This document shows, in pieces, positions 1 to 10,352 of a stretch of 64,000 bases of DNA (positions are counted from its first letter, which is position 1; every line of letters begins with the position of its first letter). Made by a program: the position numbers and the translations under genes. Below the pieces are notes generated by a model that saw only the letters and a list, made by a program, of their open reading frames with translations, did no database searches and had not been told where the DNA came from. The stretch lies in contig OY761614.1 of assembly GCA_963664825.1 (NCBI GenBank), positions 1-64,000 on the forward strand, written 5' to 3'. This DNA comes from an uncultured Holophaga sp. (GTDB lineage: Bacteria; Acidobacteriota; Holophagae; Holophagales; Holophagaceae).

Positions 1-492
1 GCCCTGAGCGAATCCCAGAAGCCCGAGGTGGCCGCACTGGGAAAGCGACTGCTCGCCGAGCAGGAGGAGATCTTTGCGCTGTGGCACACCTTCCGGGCGG
101 GCGACATCAGCCGGAAAGAGCTCCGGGCCTGCACCGCCATCAATCTGGCGCGGCTCAAACGCGGTCTGATCCAGGCCAGCGCGATGGATCACAAGGCCGC
201 CCGAAACCTCGGGAAGGACCTCCTCCGGAAATGGGACAAGCTCTGGGTGTTCCTGAAGGTCGAGGGCGTGGAGCCGACGAACAATGCGGCCGAGCGGGCC
301 CTGCGCCCCCTCGTGATCCTCAAGCGGATCTTCCAGCGACTGCCCAGCGCGGACGGAAAGCGATTCTTCGAACGCCTCCTGAGCCTGGGCACCACCGCCC
401 GCATCCGCGGCGTCCCCTACTTCGACTGGCTGCTCAGGGCCCTCCACTCCGCCCGATCCAACCAGCCCCTACCGGCACTGGAACCAGCCTGA
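1..492 (+). CDS. IS66-family transposase, C-terminal part (5' partial)
   Basis: Motif VEPTNNAAERALRPLVILKRI typical of IS66 TnpC; frame is open from the window start. Confidence 0.88.
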   Translation, partial: ALSESQKPEVAALGKRLLAEQEEIFALWHTFRAGDISRKELRACTAINLARLKRGLIQASAMDHKAARNLGKDLLRKWDKLWVFLKVEGVEPTNNAAERALRPLVILKRIFQRLPSADGKRFFERLLSLGTTARIRGVPYFDWLLRALHSARSNQPLPALEPA

Positions 493-583
493 GGCTGCCA
501 GGGCAAGCGGGACATCACCAGCCCATCATGGCTGCCTGCCACCGGCTTACGTGGTCACAGGGACAAGGGGGGTGAATCGATAC
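1..583 (+). mobile_element. Right end of an IS66-family insertion sequence (truncated by window start)
   Basis: Transposase C-terminus followed by GGGGGTGAATCGATAC ending at 583 (reverse complement GTATCGATTCACCCC), resembling IS66/ISBst12-type terminal IRs. Left end and target duplication lie outside the window. Confidence 0.7.
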
Positions 584-595
584 CATGGTTCCGCC

Positions 596-1138
596 TCAGA
601 AGAGGTAGCCGACTTTGATGGAGGCCTCTGCCTGCAAGGATTTCGGTCGGCAAACGGCCTGGGGTATCGCAGCGGAGCGGTCCCCCGAGATACGCTGATG
701 GACGGCCACCCACGGGTTCACATTGAACCCCCGCCCCAGGGGAAGCACCCAGCCCATTCCGAAGGTCGCTTGAAGGCTCTTCAAGTGCACCCTTTCCGGG
801 CCCTGGCTCCATTTCAGGTCCTCATCCCACCGTTCGATGCCTGCCCCGGCCCAGGGTCCCGTGAATCCCTGGCGGAAGAACCTGTCCAGCAGCAGGGCCT
901 GAGCCCGAGTCTGCGCCTTCTCCCAGCCCGTCGGCGCGAACCGGTCCGGAACATTCACGCAAGCGGCGATGGCTCGCAGGCGCCAGCCATCCCGGCCGGT
1001 CGCCACCGAGGTGTACCACCCTCCAGTGGCCACGGGCAGAAGGTCGACTTCGGTGGCCCATTTCCAGGTTTCCTTGGGTGATTCGGTCGCCAGAACGATG
1101 TTCGAAGCGAGAACCAGTGCGAGGGCAAGACGATTCAT
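596..1138 (-). CDS. Hypothetical small outer-membrane beta-barrel protein
   Basis: ATG at 1138 with GGAG RBS; signal peptide MNRLALALVLAS; amphipathic beta strands; C-terminal KVGYLF ending in Phe. Confidence 0.6.
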   Translation of the reverse strand: MNRLALALVLASNIVLATESPKETWKWATEVDLLPVATGGWYTSVATGRDGWRLRAIAACVNVPDRFAPTGWEKAQTRAQALLLDRFFRQGFTGPWAGAGIERWDEDLKWSQGPERVHLKSLQATFGMGWVLPLGRGFNVNPWVAVHQRISGDRSAAIPQAVCRPKSLQAEASIKVGYLF

Positions 1139-1156
1139 GTTTTCTCCATTCAAGTA

Positions 1157-1172
1157 GTCACCACGTGGTGAC
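1157..1172. promoter_or_regulatory. Putative TetR operator (perfect palindrome GTCACCACGTGGTGAC)
   Basis: 16-bp perfect palindrome just upstream of the OMP gene; near-identical copy upstream of the tetR gene. Confidence 0.75.
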
Positions 1173-1215
1173 AATAGGGTTGCAGGTATTTCCAAAGGAA
1201 GCGCCGCTTTCGCTT

Positions 1216-1860
1216 CTACCGACCCCTTCGGGTGGCGGAACACTCCAGGAGCGCCGCGCAGATGGTTTGAAGGGCGGATTCAATCCGGGCCCAGCCCTCC
1301 GGGGAGGCGATGAGCACTCCGTTGTAGCGCTCCACCGTCCGCGAGCGCAGCAGCAGATACTGCAATCCCGCGTTCAAAAGGGCCGAAATGGCCGGAAGGT
1401 CCTGGCCTGGGCCGAATAGCTGGGCGGGGATCGCCTCCATCAACTGCTCGGCTCGGGTTTCGCGAATTCGATCCAGGATGCGGGTCAGGGGATGCCGTTC
1501 CACGGCCTCCCAGGCCATTACCTCCAGGGTGTGAGGCCGGACGCGAAGGGCGTGGAGGTGCCGCTTGAGCATGCCGACGGCGAACTCGGCGGGGTCCGGT
1601 TCCTGAGCATCCCCGAGGATCTCGGCCACCGAGGGCCAGAAGTCCAGTTCGTTTCCCCAGGCTTCCAGCAGGTGATCGATCCCTCCGAAATACCGGTAGA
1701 TCAGGACCTTGTCCACACCCGCTTCGCGGGCCACGGCATTGACGCCCAAGGCACCGAATCCCTCCCGGACCAGGAGACTGCCCACCGCGTCCAGGATCCG
1801 CTTCCGAGTCGCCGCAGCGTCTCTGGATCTGACCGGGTTGGAATGGATGCGGGTCGGCAT
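1216..1860 (-). CDS. TetR/AcrR family transcriptional regulator
   Basis: HTH ILDAVGSLLVREGFGALGVNAVAREAGVDKVLIYRYFG; start taken at ATG 1860. Confidence 0.92.
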   Translation of the reverse strand: MPTRIHSNPVRSRDAAATRKRILDAVGSLLVREGFGALGVNAVAREAGVDKVLIYRYFGGIDHLLEAWGNELDFWPSVAEILGDAQEPDPAEFAVGMLKRHLHALRVRPHTLEVMAWEAVERHPLTRILDRIRETRAEQLMEAIPAQLFGPGQDLPAISALLNAGLQYLLLRSRTVERYNGVLIASPEGWARIESALQTICAALLECSATRRGR

Positions 1861-1876
1861 GAGCCCCTCGGATTCC

Positions 1877-1905
1877 AGACTAGTCACCATGCGGTGACAC
1901 GTCAA
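1877..1905 (-). promoter_or_regulatory. Sigma70-like promoter of tetR with operator GTCACCATGCGGTGAC (1883-1898) in the spacer
   Basis: Minus strand reads TTGACG-17 nt-TAGTCT; the spacer contains the palindrome. Confidence 0.7.
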
Positions 1906-2084
1906 TTCCGCCATCTTGCCTGGGGCTCAAGTCAAGGCAGGACCGAGGATCGGCCTGCCGTGTCCCTCCCACCACAGGTGTGGCCCCCAGAGAACCTCAG
2001 GCTGTGGCCTCGTCACCACATGCGAGGCCTAGAAAAAAGAGGCTAGCCTTGGCAAAGTCATCGGACTTGAGCCCAGGGGTCGAT

Positions 2085-3920
<1,836 letters not shown>

Positions 3921-3930
3921 TCCAAAGGAA

Positions 3931-4016
3931 CCAGTGAAAACAGTGAGAGCAGTGAGAGAAAGGACGGCAGCACATCCTGCCCCGTCTCAATTCACCGTTT
4001 TCACTGCCCTCACTGG
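3931..4016. repeat. Intergenic inverted repeat with 9-bp-periodic arms
   Basis: CAGTGA at 3932/3941/3950; TCACYG at 3992/4001/4010; inner GACGG..CCGTC stem; lies between convergent genes. Confidence 0.75.
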
Positions 4017-4046
4017 CTTATTTCCGGGAGCCTTGGGCCACGGCGA

Positions 4047-4850
4047 CTACTTCAGCACCTTGGCCGTCAGCACCACAATGAGGCCGCGATCCTTGAGGAC
4101 GGAGGTGCCCACGACCACCTTCTCGCCATCCTTGAGTGTGAGGTCCGTGAGAACCGAGGCAAGGATGCCCGCGCTCTGGTCCGAGGCGTGGAGCAAGAAC
4201 CTGGATAGCTTGAGGCTAGAAGGCCCTTCCAGCGGTGTTTCGATCTGGTATTGATAGATGCTCCAATCCAATTTCAACGGGTTGCCTGAAGCGGTGGCAG
4301 CGGCAATTTCGCCCCGGCCGCCAAAGTTATTGGAACCCCCCTCCCTCGCCCGCTGCACGAAGGAGGTCGCCAGTGTGTAGCTCTTGTATTGGAGGGTCGA
4401 TTTCAGTGTGCCGAGCACATCCTTCAGTTCTTCAGGCACATCCTCGCCGGGGCCCTGGGCCTTGGAGGCAAAGAGCACATGGATGTGGAACTCCACTTCC
4501 CTGGCAGTGGCAGCAGGCACATCCAAGCGCTTAAGGGCCTCCTCGATGGAAGTGAGGTTTTCCGGGAAATCCCGCACCGTGAGGGTCTGCAGGCCTTCCC
4601 GATCCATGGACTCGATCCGGGCGCCTTTGAAGCCACTGCCCAAGGGGCCGAGGACCTTCCCAAGCTCATGAGGCGAGCGGTGCTTCACGATGAAGACCTT
4701 GCTCTTGAATTCCCGTGTGGTGACGTATTCGGATTCCGTAGCCACTGCGGGTGCCGAGGCCTTGGCGGGGGTCTGAGCCGTTGCCAGGGTTCCGGCACCG
4801 CATAGCAGGGCGATGGATAGCGCACGAAGAGGCGTGATTGCGGAAGGCAT
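4047..4850 (-). CDS. Exported protein with secretin N-domain-like region
   Basis: Signal peptide; KVFIVKHRSPHEL...TLTVRDFPENLTSIEEALKRLDVP resembles the NolW/secretin-N repeat; too short for a full secretin. Confidence 0.6.
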   Translation of the reverse strand: MPSAITPLRALSIALLCGAGTLATAQTPAKASAPAVATESEYVTTREFKSKVFIVKHRSPHELGKVLGPLGSGFKGARIESMDREGLQTLTVRDFPENLTSIEEALKRLDVPAATAREVEFHIHVLFASKAQGPGEDVPEELKDVLGTLKSTLQYKSYTLATSFVQRAREGGSNNFGGRGEIAAATASGNPLKLDWSIYQYQIETPLEGPSSLKLSRFLLHASDQSAGILASVLTDLTLKDGEKVVVGTSVLKDRGLIVVLTAKVLK

Positions 4851-4858
4851 GGTGTCTC

Positions 4859-5458
4859 CTAGAGGGGATCGACAAAGCGATCGGGGGATGGTGGAGGCTC
4901 GACAGGCGCGGCGTTGGCGCGGGCCAGCCAGATGATGCGGATAGTGGGATTGCGGGTCTGGAACTCGATGCGGGAAAGGGACGCGGGGACTTCGATCTGT
5001 GGCGCGGAAGCCCTAAGCCGAGCAGGCCTGGGATGAGGATCAGGCGCGACCTCGGCAGGGGGTTCGGGACGAGGAGGCGGAACCTGCGCGAGGCGCGCGT
5101 GCACAACGGCATGGCTCCGGGGAAGCCCCTTCACCGCCAGGATCAGGAACAGGCCCAGGACGGCCACGGCCAATAGGACCGGGCGAATCCTGAGAAAGGG
5201 TGCCGCCCTTGGGCGCTCCCGGGAGGCCTCGGCCTGAATCCTGGCCATCACATCCTGCCGGAGTTGGCGGCGTTCCTCGAAGGTGAAGGGGGAGCCGCTC
5301 GCGCACTTGAGCCAGGCCTGACTCTCCCGCAGGGCCTCAGCAGCCTCAAGACAGGCGGGGCACACGTCCAGATGGGCCTGGATGGCGGAGGCCTCCCCTT
5401 CGGGCAGATCTCCCTCCACCCACAGGGGAAGCCGTTCGAGGACATGGGCTGTCGTCAT
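4859..5458 (-). CDS. Zinc-binding anti-sigma factor (zf-HC2)
   Basis: HLDVCPAC (HxxxCxxC) motif, one TM helix, 4-nt overlap with the ECF sigma gene. Confidence 0.85.
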   Translation of the reverse strand: MTTAHVLERLPLWVEGDLPEGEASAIQAHLDVCPACLEAAEALRESQAWLKCASGSPFTFEERRQLRQDVMARIQAEASRERPRAAPFLRIRPVLLAVAVLGLFLILAVKGLPRSHAVVHARLAQVPPPRPEPPAEVAPDPHPRPARLRASAPQIEVPASLSRIEFQTRNPTIRIIWLARANAAPVEPPPSPDRFVDPL

Positions 5459-6087
5459 CGGGAACCTCCGGCACGCGTCAGGCGCGCACAGAAAGCCTGC
5501 ACCTTGGTGCGGGCCGAGGATATCTGGCTGCGGACGGTCCCGGCCCTCACCCCCAGGATGCGGGCCACCTCTTCGGTCCTCAGCCCCTCCAGGTCCCGAA
5601 GCACGAGGGCGCTGCGCTCGGCGGGAGGAAGGGTGCCCAAGGCCCGGCGAACCATGGCCCGGCGCTGTGCGAGGAGAATGCTCTCCTCGGCCGAGCCCCA
5701 GGAGGCGTGTTCCAGGGTCTCGAGGATTCCCTCGGGAACCGTGAAGGGACCGCGCTTCTTCGCCAGATCGCAGCAGACATTCACCGCGATGCGATACATC
5801 CAGGCCTGAAAGTTTTCCCCCAGGCGGAACCGGTCCAGGGAACGGTAGATGCGGAGATAGGTCTCCTGGGCGGCGTCCCGGGCCAGTTCCCGGTCCTGGA
5901 GGAGCCTCCAGGCCAGGCCCAGGATGCGGCTTTCGGTGAGGACCATCAGTTCCTCGAAGGCATTGGTCTCGCCTTGGAGAATCCTGAGGATGACCCCCTC
6001 CAGGGAGCTGGCCTCGCGGTTCAGGGGAAGGGCCACGGAAGCCGGGGCTTCTCCCTCCACCAGCACTGCGTCGGATCCCGTGGGCAT
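5455..6087 (-). CDS. ECF RNA polymerase sigma factor
   Basis: Region 2 DAAQETYLRIY..WMYRIAVN; region 4 EEVARILGVRAGTVRSQISSAR. Confidence 0.93.
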   Translation of the reverse strand: MPTGSDAVLVEGEAPASVALPLNREASSLEGVILRILQGETNAFEELMVLTESRILGLAWRLLQDRELARDAAQETYLRIYRSLDRFRLGENFQAWMYRIAVNVCCDLAKKRGPFTVPEGILETLEHASWGSAEESILLAQRRAMVRRALGTLPPAERSALVLRDLEGLRTEEVARILGVRAGTVRSQISSARTKVQAFCARLTRAGGSR

Positions 6088-6168
6088 TGAGGCCTTCCCT
6101 CCCTGCCTACTAATACCGTCCCTTGAGACAAAGCGTTGAAGACAATCTTCCAAGGGCAAATGGAGGTC

Positions 6169-6196
6169 TCGACATTCCCTGCGGTCGCGCTACAAT
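6169..6196 (+). promoter_or_regulatory. Sigma70 promoter for the tRNA
   Basis: TCGACA-16 nt-TACAAT, 11 nt before the tRNA. Confidence 0.6.
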
Positions 6197-6207
6197 AACT
6201 CTTTCGC

Positions 6208-6284
6208 GGACGCGTAGCTCAGTTGGTTAGAGCGCTTGCTCGACACGCAAGAGGTCGATGGTTCGAATCCATTCGTGTCCACCA
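6208..6284 (+). tRNA. tRNA-Val (anticodon GAC)
   Basis: Acceptor stem GGACGCG/CGTGTCC, D-loop AGTTGGTTA, anticodon arm CTTGC-TCGACAC-GCAAG, GGTTCGAATCC T arm, encoded CCA. Confidence 0.97.
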
Positions 6285-6318
6285 ATAGAACAGGCCACCC
6301 ATGGGTGGCCTGTTCTAT
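6285..6318. terminator. Perfect 34-bp palindrome, probable bidirectional terminator
   Basis: ATAGAACAGGCCACCCA/TGGGTGGCCTGTTCTAT between the tRNA and the convergent Omp85 gene. Confidence 0.7.
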
Positions 6319-9300
6319 CAGAACTGGAAGCCCGCGGAGATGAGGAGGCTCTTGAGCTGGGTTTCCGCATCACTGGCATCCCGGGGTCGTCCCAGGATCC
6401 GGTTGATATCGACGGCGTACTCGATCTTGATGGGGAGCCCGATCTTGAGGATCACGCCCAGACCCAGGGCCGTCCTGAAATGCGGGAAGGGCGCGGTGTC
6501 ACCGGGCACTCTTGTCTCCGGACTGAGGCGGGAATAGACCTGCCCGGAATCCAGGAAGACCTCGCCCCATAGTGTCTGCCAGAGGGTGGGAAAGCGGTAC
6601 TCGAGATTGGCAAGCAGGAGTCCCTGCCCTCCCAAGGCCACTGTCTGGGTCCGCTGGTCTCCCTTCGCATCGGTGATATGCACTTCGCCAACGGTACCCA
6701 GCATGTCGGGTTCCACGCCCCGATGGGTGCCGGGCCCTCCGGCGAAGAAGCGCTCGGAGAGCGGAAGGTCCTCGGCGCTGCTGGCTGTGGGCCGGGCCAG
6801 GCCCGCGCGCAACCCGAGGCTGACGATGCCCCCGGAGGCCTTGTAGCCCAGGGCCCAGTTCCACTGCTGGCGCATATCCAGTTTCACGAAACTGCTATTG
6901 GAACTGGTGCCGAAGATCTGATTGGCAAATTCGAAACGGGCCGTGCTGAAGCTCCCGGAGGTGGGATCCAGACGGTTGTCCCTGCGGTCGCGCACCACCT
7001 GGACAAAGGGAGCCGAAATGATCGCCCGCCCGGGCATGCGCGCCACCAGTTTGAGTTCATCATCCAGGATCCCCGAACCGGGAAGGGCCTGGACCTCGCT
7101 GCGTTCGAAACGGTAGCCGGCCTGGAGGGTGAGCCCGGCGCCAATCTCCCATTCGAGCCCGGTCTGGGCCCGCCGCCTCCGGAGGAGGTAGGCCGAACGC
7201 TGCTCCTCGATGTAGGCGCCCTCGGCTGTGAACTGCGTCCGATCCGCAAGCCAAGAGCTCAACATGCCGGGGGCGAACCAGGGATCCGTGTAGCCGATGC
7301 GGTACATGTCCATGGACCGGGTGAATTCGCCGGTGGGGAACCACTTGCGCAGGGTGGGATTCCGGATCGTGGAATCCCCGGCCCGAATTCCGAAATCGAG
7401 GGTCCTGCCCATGCCCCCCACGTTCAGGCGCTGGGCACCCAGGTCCACATGGTAGCCCTGGCTCTTGTCGTAGCCGAAGCCCGAGCTGAAGATCCACTTC
7501 GAACGTTCGTTCACCTTCAGGAGCAGATCGCCGTCCTGCCAAGGCCCTTGCCCTTCTTCCTGGAGGGGCAGCAGATCCACCTGATCGAAGCTCCCCAGGT
7601 TGCCCACCTGGGCCTGGGTTCTGGATAGACGATCGGGATCCATGGGCGCGCCCAGTTCCAGAGGAATCTCCCGGAGCACGGCCCGGGCCCGGGTGGCATC
7701 GCTGCCCTGCACCACCACGCGATTCAACCGAATCAAGGGCTGGAAAGGCACCTGGATGGAGGCCGTGGCGCCCTTGGGCCCCGGTTCCAAACGCAGGCCT
7801 GGCGTGGCGGGCTTCAGGACCCCCAGGGAGGCGACCCGCACTTGGAGGACGTTCAATACCTGGGAGAGATCGCTCCTCAGCAGCGGCTGGGGGCGATCGA
7901 AGCGGAACCGGAAGGTCCGCAGTGCGGGTTTGCCCTTGGATTCCACTTCCTCGAGGGTGCCGTGGAGGCCGGTCATGGCGGGGCGATCGCTGGAAAAGCG
8001 GCGCACCTTCTCCGAATCCGGTGGGGTCCGCTGCGGCTGGTCCGCGAAGACGAAAGCCAGGGACTCGGCCAGGTACCAGGCCTTGAAGGAGGGATCCGCA
8101 GGCACCTCCAGCACCAGGGCCTCGAGCAGGCGCCGATTGCCCTCCCGCACCTGAAAGACCAGCGTGCCCTTGCCATCCTTCCGCGCCAGGGGCAGCTTCC
8201 GGAGGCTGATATCGGCATAGCCTCGGCTCCAGTATAGCCTCTTGATGCGCTCCTCCACCGCGCCGATCCGTTCGGTGGTCCACCGGGCCGGGAAGAGCCC
8301 CATGCGGGCCTTGGGCAGCTCCGCCGCCCTCTCCAGTTCAGCGGAAGGAATCTCCTGGTTCCGCTCGAAACGCACGCCCAGCACCGCCAGCCGCTCGCCC
8401 GGGGCCAAGACGTAGGTGATGCGGATCTCCTCCGGGCGATCTTTGGGACCGGCGAGCACCTCCGTGCGGTAGCTCACCTCCGCGTCCAGGTAGCCCTCCG
8501 AGCGCAGATAGCGAACGATGCTGCGGGCCCCAGCTTCCAGAAGCTCCGGGCTGTACCGCTCCGCCCGGGCCAGGGGCACCAGATCCTTGAGGCTCTTGTA
8601 GCCGAGGATGCTGAAACCGAGTCCATTCCCTTCGGAAGCCAGACGCACCACGGGCCCCGGATCGGTCTTGAGCACCAGGTTCCCGCCCTCTCTGAAGGCG
8701 AGATCGGCCTGCCCCTGGAAGCGCTTGTCCCTCATGAAGCGCTGTCGGACCCTGCCCAGGGCCTCCCGGCGGAATTCAGGGGTCCAGAGGGTCCGCCCGG
8801 GCTCCACCTTGAGGAACTGGAGCAGCCGCTTGGAGCCATAGCGGCCCGCATCGCCTTCGAAGCGCAGGCCCTTGATGAGATCGGGCACTCCGGCCTGGAT
8901 CTCGAAACGCAGACGAGCCGCATCCCCTTCCCGCTGGGCCCGCACCTGCGCCTGCGGATAGCCAGATTCCCGCAAGCGGGCCTCGGCCAACTGGCGGAAC
9001 TGCTCCAGACGAAGGTCCCCCACCCTCATGCCCTGACGAAGCCCCAGGAAGAGATTCCTCTTCACGGGAATGGGCAGCCCTCCGACGAGCGTCCACCCCT
9101 TCAGACCGGGCAGGGGCACCAGCTCGATCCGGGCCACCCTGCCCCCAGGGGTCTCCTCCAGATGCCCCCGCACATCCAGGAAGCGGTCCGTCATCCGCAC
9201 GGCCGTCAGACCCAGGGCCAGTCGATCTTCATCTACGGGAACGCCGGGCCGGAGCCCCAGGGCCATCTCGGCGAAACGATGATCGTCCTCGCTACCGCCC

Positions 9301-9428
9301 CGGAATTCCACCCGGATCAGATTGGGTACAACCCCTTCTAAATCCCCGACCCTGGCGGCTCCGAGAGGAACCGCCAGGGCAAGGATCTGGGCCGCCGCCG
9401 CGACCAGGGCGGGGCGGGGGAAACCCAT
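6318..9428 (-). CDS. Omp85-family (BamA/TamA-like) outer membrane protein with POTRA domains
   Basis: Signal peptide, POTRA-like segments (YLRSEGYLDA, LYWSRGYAD), barrel motifs SERFFAGG..HRG and NLEYRFP, C-terminal FQF. Confidence 0.85.
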   Translation of the reverse strand: MGFPRPALVAAAAQILALAVPLGAARVGDLEGVVPNLIRVEFRGGSEDDHRFAEMALGLRPGVPVDEDRLALGLTAVRMTDRFLDVRGHLEETPGGRVARIELVPLPGLKGWTLVGGLPIPVKRNLFLGLRQGMRVGDLRLEQFRQLAEARLRESGYPQAQVRAQREGDAARLRFEIQAGVPDLIKGLRFEGDAGRYGSKRLLQFLKVEPGRTLWTPEFRREALGRVRQRFMRDKRFQGQADLAFREGGNLVLKTDPGPVVRLASEGNGLGFSILGYKSLKDLVPLARAERYSPELLEAGARSIVRYLRSEGYLDAEVSYRTEVLAGPKDRPEEIRITYVLAPGERLAVLGVRFERNQEIPSAELERAAELPKARMGLFPARWTTERIGAVEERIKRLYWSRGYADISLRKLPLARKDGKGTLVFQVREGNRRLLEALVLEVPADPSFKAWYLAESLAFVFADQPQRTPPDSEKVRRFSSDRPAMTGLHGTLEEVESKGKPALRTFRFRFDRPQPLLRSDLSQVLNVLQVRVASLGVLKPATPGLRLEPGPKGATASIQVPFQPLIRLNRVVVQGSDATRARAVLREIPLELGAPMDPDRLSRTQAQVGNLGSFDQVDLLPLQEEGQGPWQDGDLLLKVNERSKWIFSSGFGYDKSQGYHVDLGAQRLNVGGMGRTLDFGIRAGDSTIRNPTLRKWFPTGEFTRSMDMYRIGYTDPWFAPGMLSSWLADRTQFTAEGAYIEEQRSAYLLRRRRAQTGLEWEIGAGLTLQAGYRFERSEVQALPGSGILDDELKLVARMPGRAIISAPFVQVVRDRRDNRLDPTSGSFSTARFEFANQIFGTSSNSSFVKLDMRQQWNWALGYKASGGIVSLGLRAGLARPTASSAEDLPLSERFFAGGPGTHRGVEPDMLGTVGEVHITDAKGDQRTQTVALGGQGLLLANLEYRFPTLWQTLWGEVFLDSGQVYSRLSPETRVPGDTAPFPHFRTALGLGVILKIGLPIKIEYAVDINRILGRPRDASDAETQLKSLLISAGFQF

Positions 9429-9432
9429 CGGT

Positions 9433-9768
9433 TCAGAACCCGGCCAGCGCCTCTTCCTCGGTGTCCTTGACTTCGAAGACCGAGTGCAGGCTTGTCATCT
9501 TGATGAGGCCGAAGATCCGGTTGTTCATGCTGCAGATCTTCATCTCGCCGCCCCGGTTCTTGATGGAGGTGTAGCAGCCCACCAGTTCGCCCACGCCTGA
9601 GGAGTCCAGGTAGCTGACCTTTTCAAAGTTGAGGACAAGCTTGCGGGCGCCCTGCTCCAACGTGGTGCGGACGGCTTCGCCGAGCTCCTGATCCCCATCG
9701 CCGAGGGTGATCTTGCCCTCCGGATAGAGGACCGTGACGTCCTGATGGATGCGTGTGGTGATCTTCAT
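9433..9768 (-). CDS. STAS-domain anti-sigma factor antagonist
   Basis: LNFEKVSYLDSSGVGEL with the phosphorylatable Ser. Confidence 0.92.
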   Translation of the reverse strand: MKITTRIHQDVTVLYPEGKITLGDGDQELGEAVRTTLEQGARKLVLNFEKVSYLDSSGVGELVGCYTSIKNRGGEMKICSMNNRIFGLIKMTSLHSVFEVKDTEEEALAGF

Positions 9769-9865
9769 AGGCTTACCTCGGTCTGAATGGGCAGTTTAAC
9801 AAGCCTTCTGCCTTTCGGAACACAGGGCAAGCAACATTTTGTGGGCAGAGCCGCTTGGCACACCT

Positions 9866-9881
9866 CGGCATGGAGTGTGCA
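9866..9881 (+). promoter_or_regulatory. Putative sigma54 promoter of flgB
   Basis: CGGCATGGAGTGTGCA, GG-N10-GC spacing, about 50 nt upstream of the start. Confidence 0.6.
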
Positions 9882-9929
9882 AAGCAGAAGGGTCCGGGTC
9901 CGTTCACGGCCATTTTTGCAGGGTCTTCG

Positions 9930-10352
9930 ATGTTCGATCTCCTCTCCACCAACCCCATGATCCAGACCATGGATCGCACGATGAGTCTTGCCACTCAGCG
10001 GATGGGCCTCATCGCGTCCAATCTGGCCAATATCGATACGCCGGGTTATCGCACTCAGGATTTCAACTTCAACGCCACCCTCAAGAACCAGCTCGCCGCC
10101 TTGGATGGGAACCAAATGCCCATCACCCAGACCCACCCCATGCATTTTCCCCTTCAGTCCAGCGGGAGCCAGCCCGCCACGGCCGATCCCGTCAAACCCA
10201 ACTACGAGCGCAACGATGGCAACGATGTGAGCCTGGACCGGGAGAATGCCGCCCTGGCACGCACCCAGCTGACCTACCAGTTCAGCTCCACCTTCGCCCA
10301 GATGGAGCTCAAGAAGGTCTTCCAGATGATTCGTGATGGAGTGGCCCACTGA
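9930..10352 (+). CDS. flgB: Flagellar basal-body rod protein FlgB
   Basis: ASNLANIDTPGY, RNDGNDVSLDRE. Confidence 0.95.
   Translation: MFDLLSTNPMIQTMDRTMSLATQRMGLIASNLANIDTPGYRTQDFNFNATLKNQLAALDGNQMPITQTHPMHFPLQSSGSQPATADPVKPNYERNDGNDVSLDRENAALARTQLTYQFSSTFAQMELKKVFQMIRDGVAH

Noticed and set aside
1905..2084. Canonical glmS ribozyme
   Set aside because: The AGCGCC cleavage-site core and associated conserved pairings were not found
6208..6318. tRNA-Val as the integration site of an island
   Set aside because: No integrase nearby and no duplicated tRNA 3' end noticed in the window
9821..9852. CACAGGGCAA...GTGGGCAGAGCC resembles the start of a c-di-GMP-I riboswitch near flgB
   Set aside because: No GNRA-capped P2, no ACGCAAAG, no P3; it also lies upstream of the predicted sigma54 promoter
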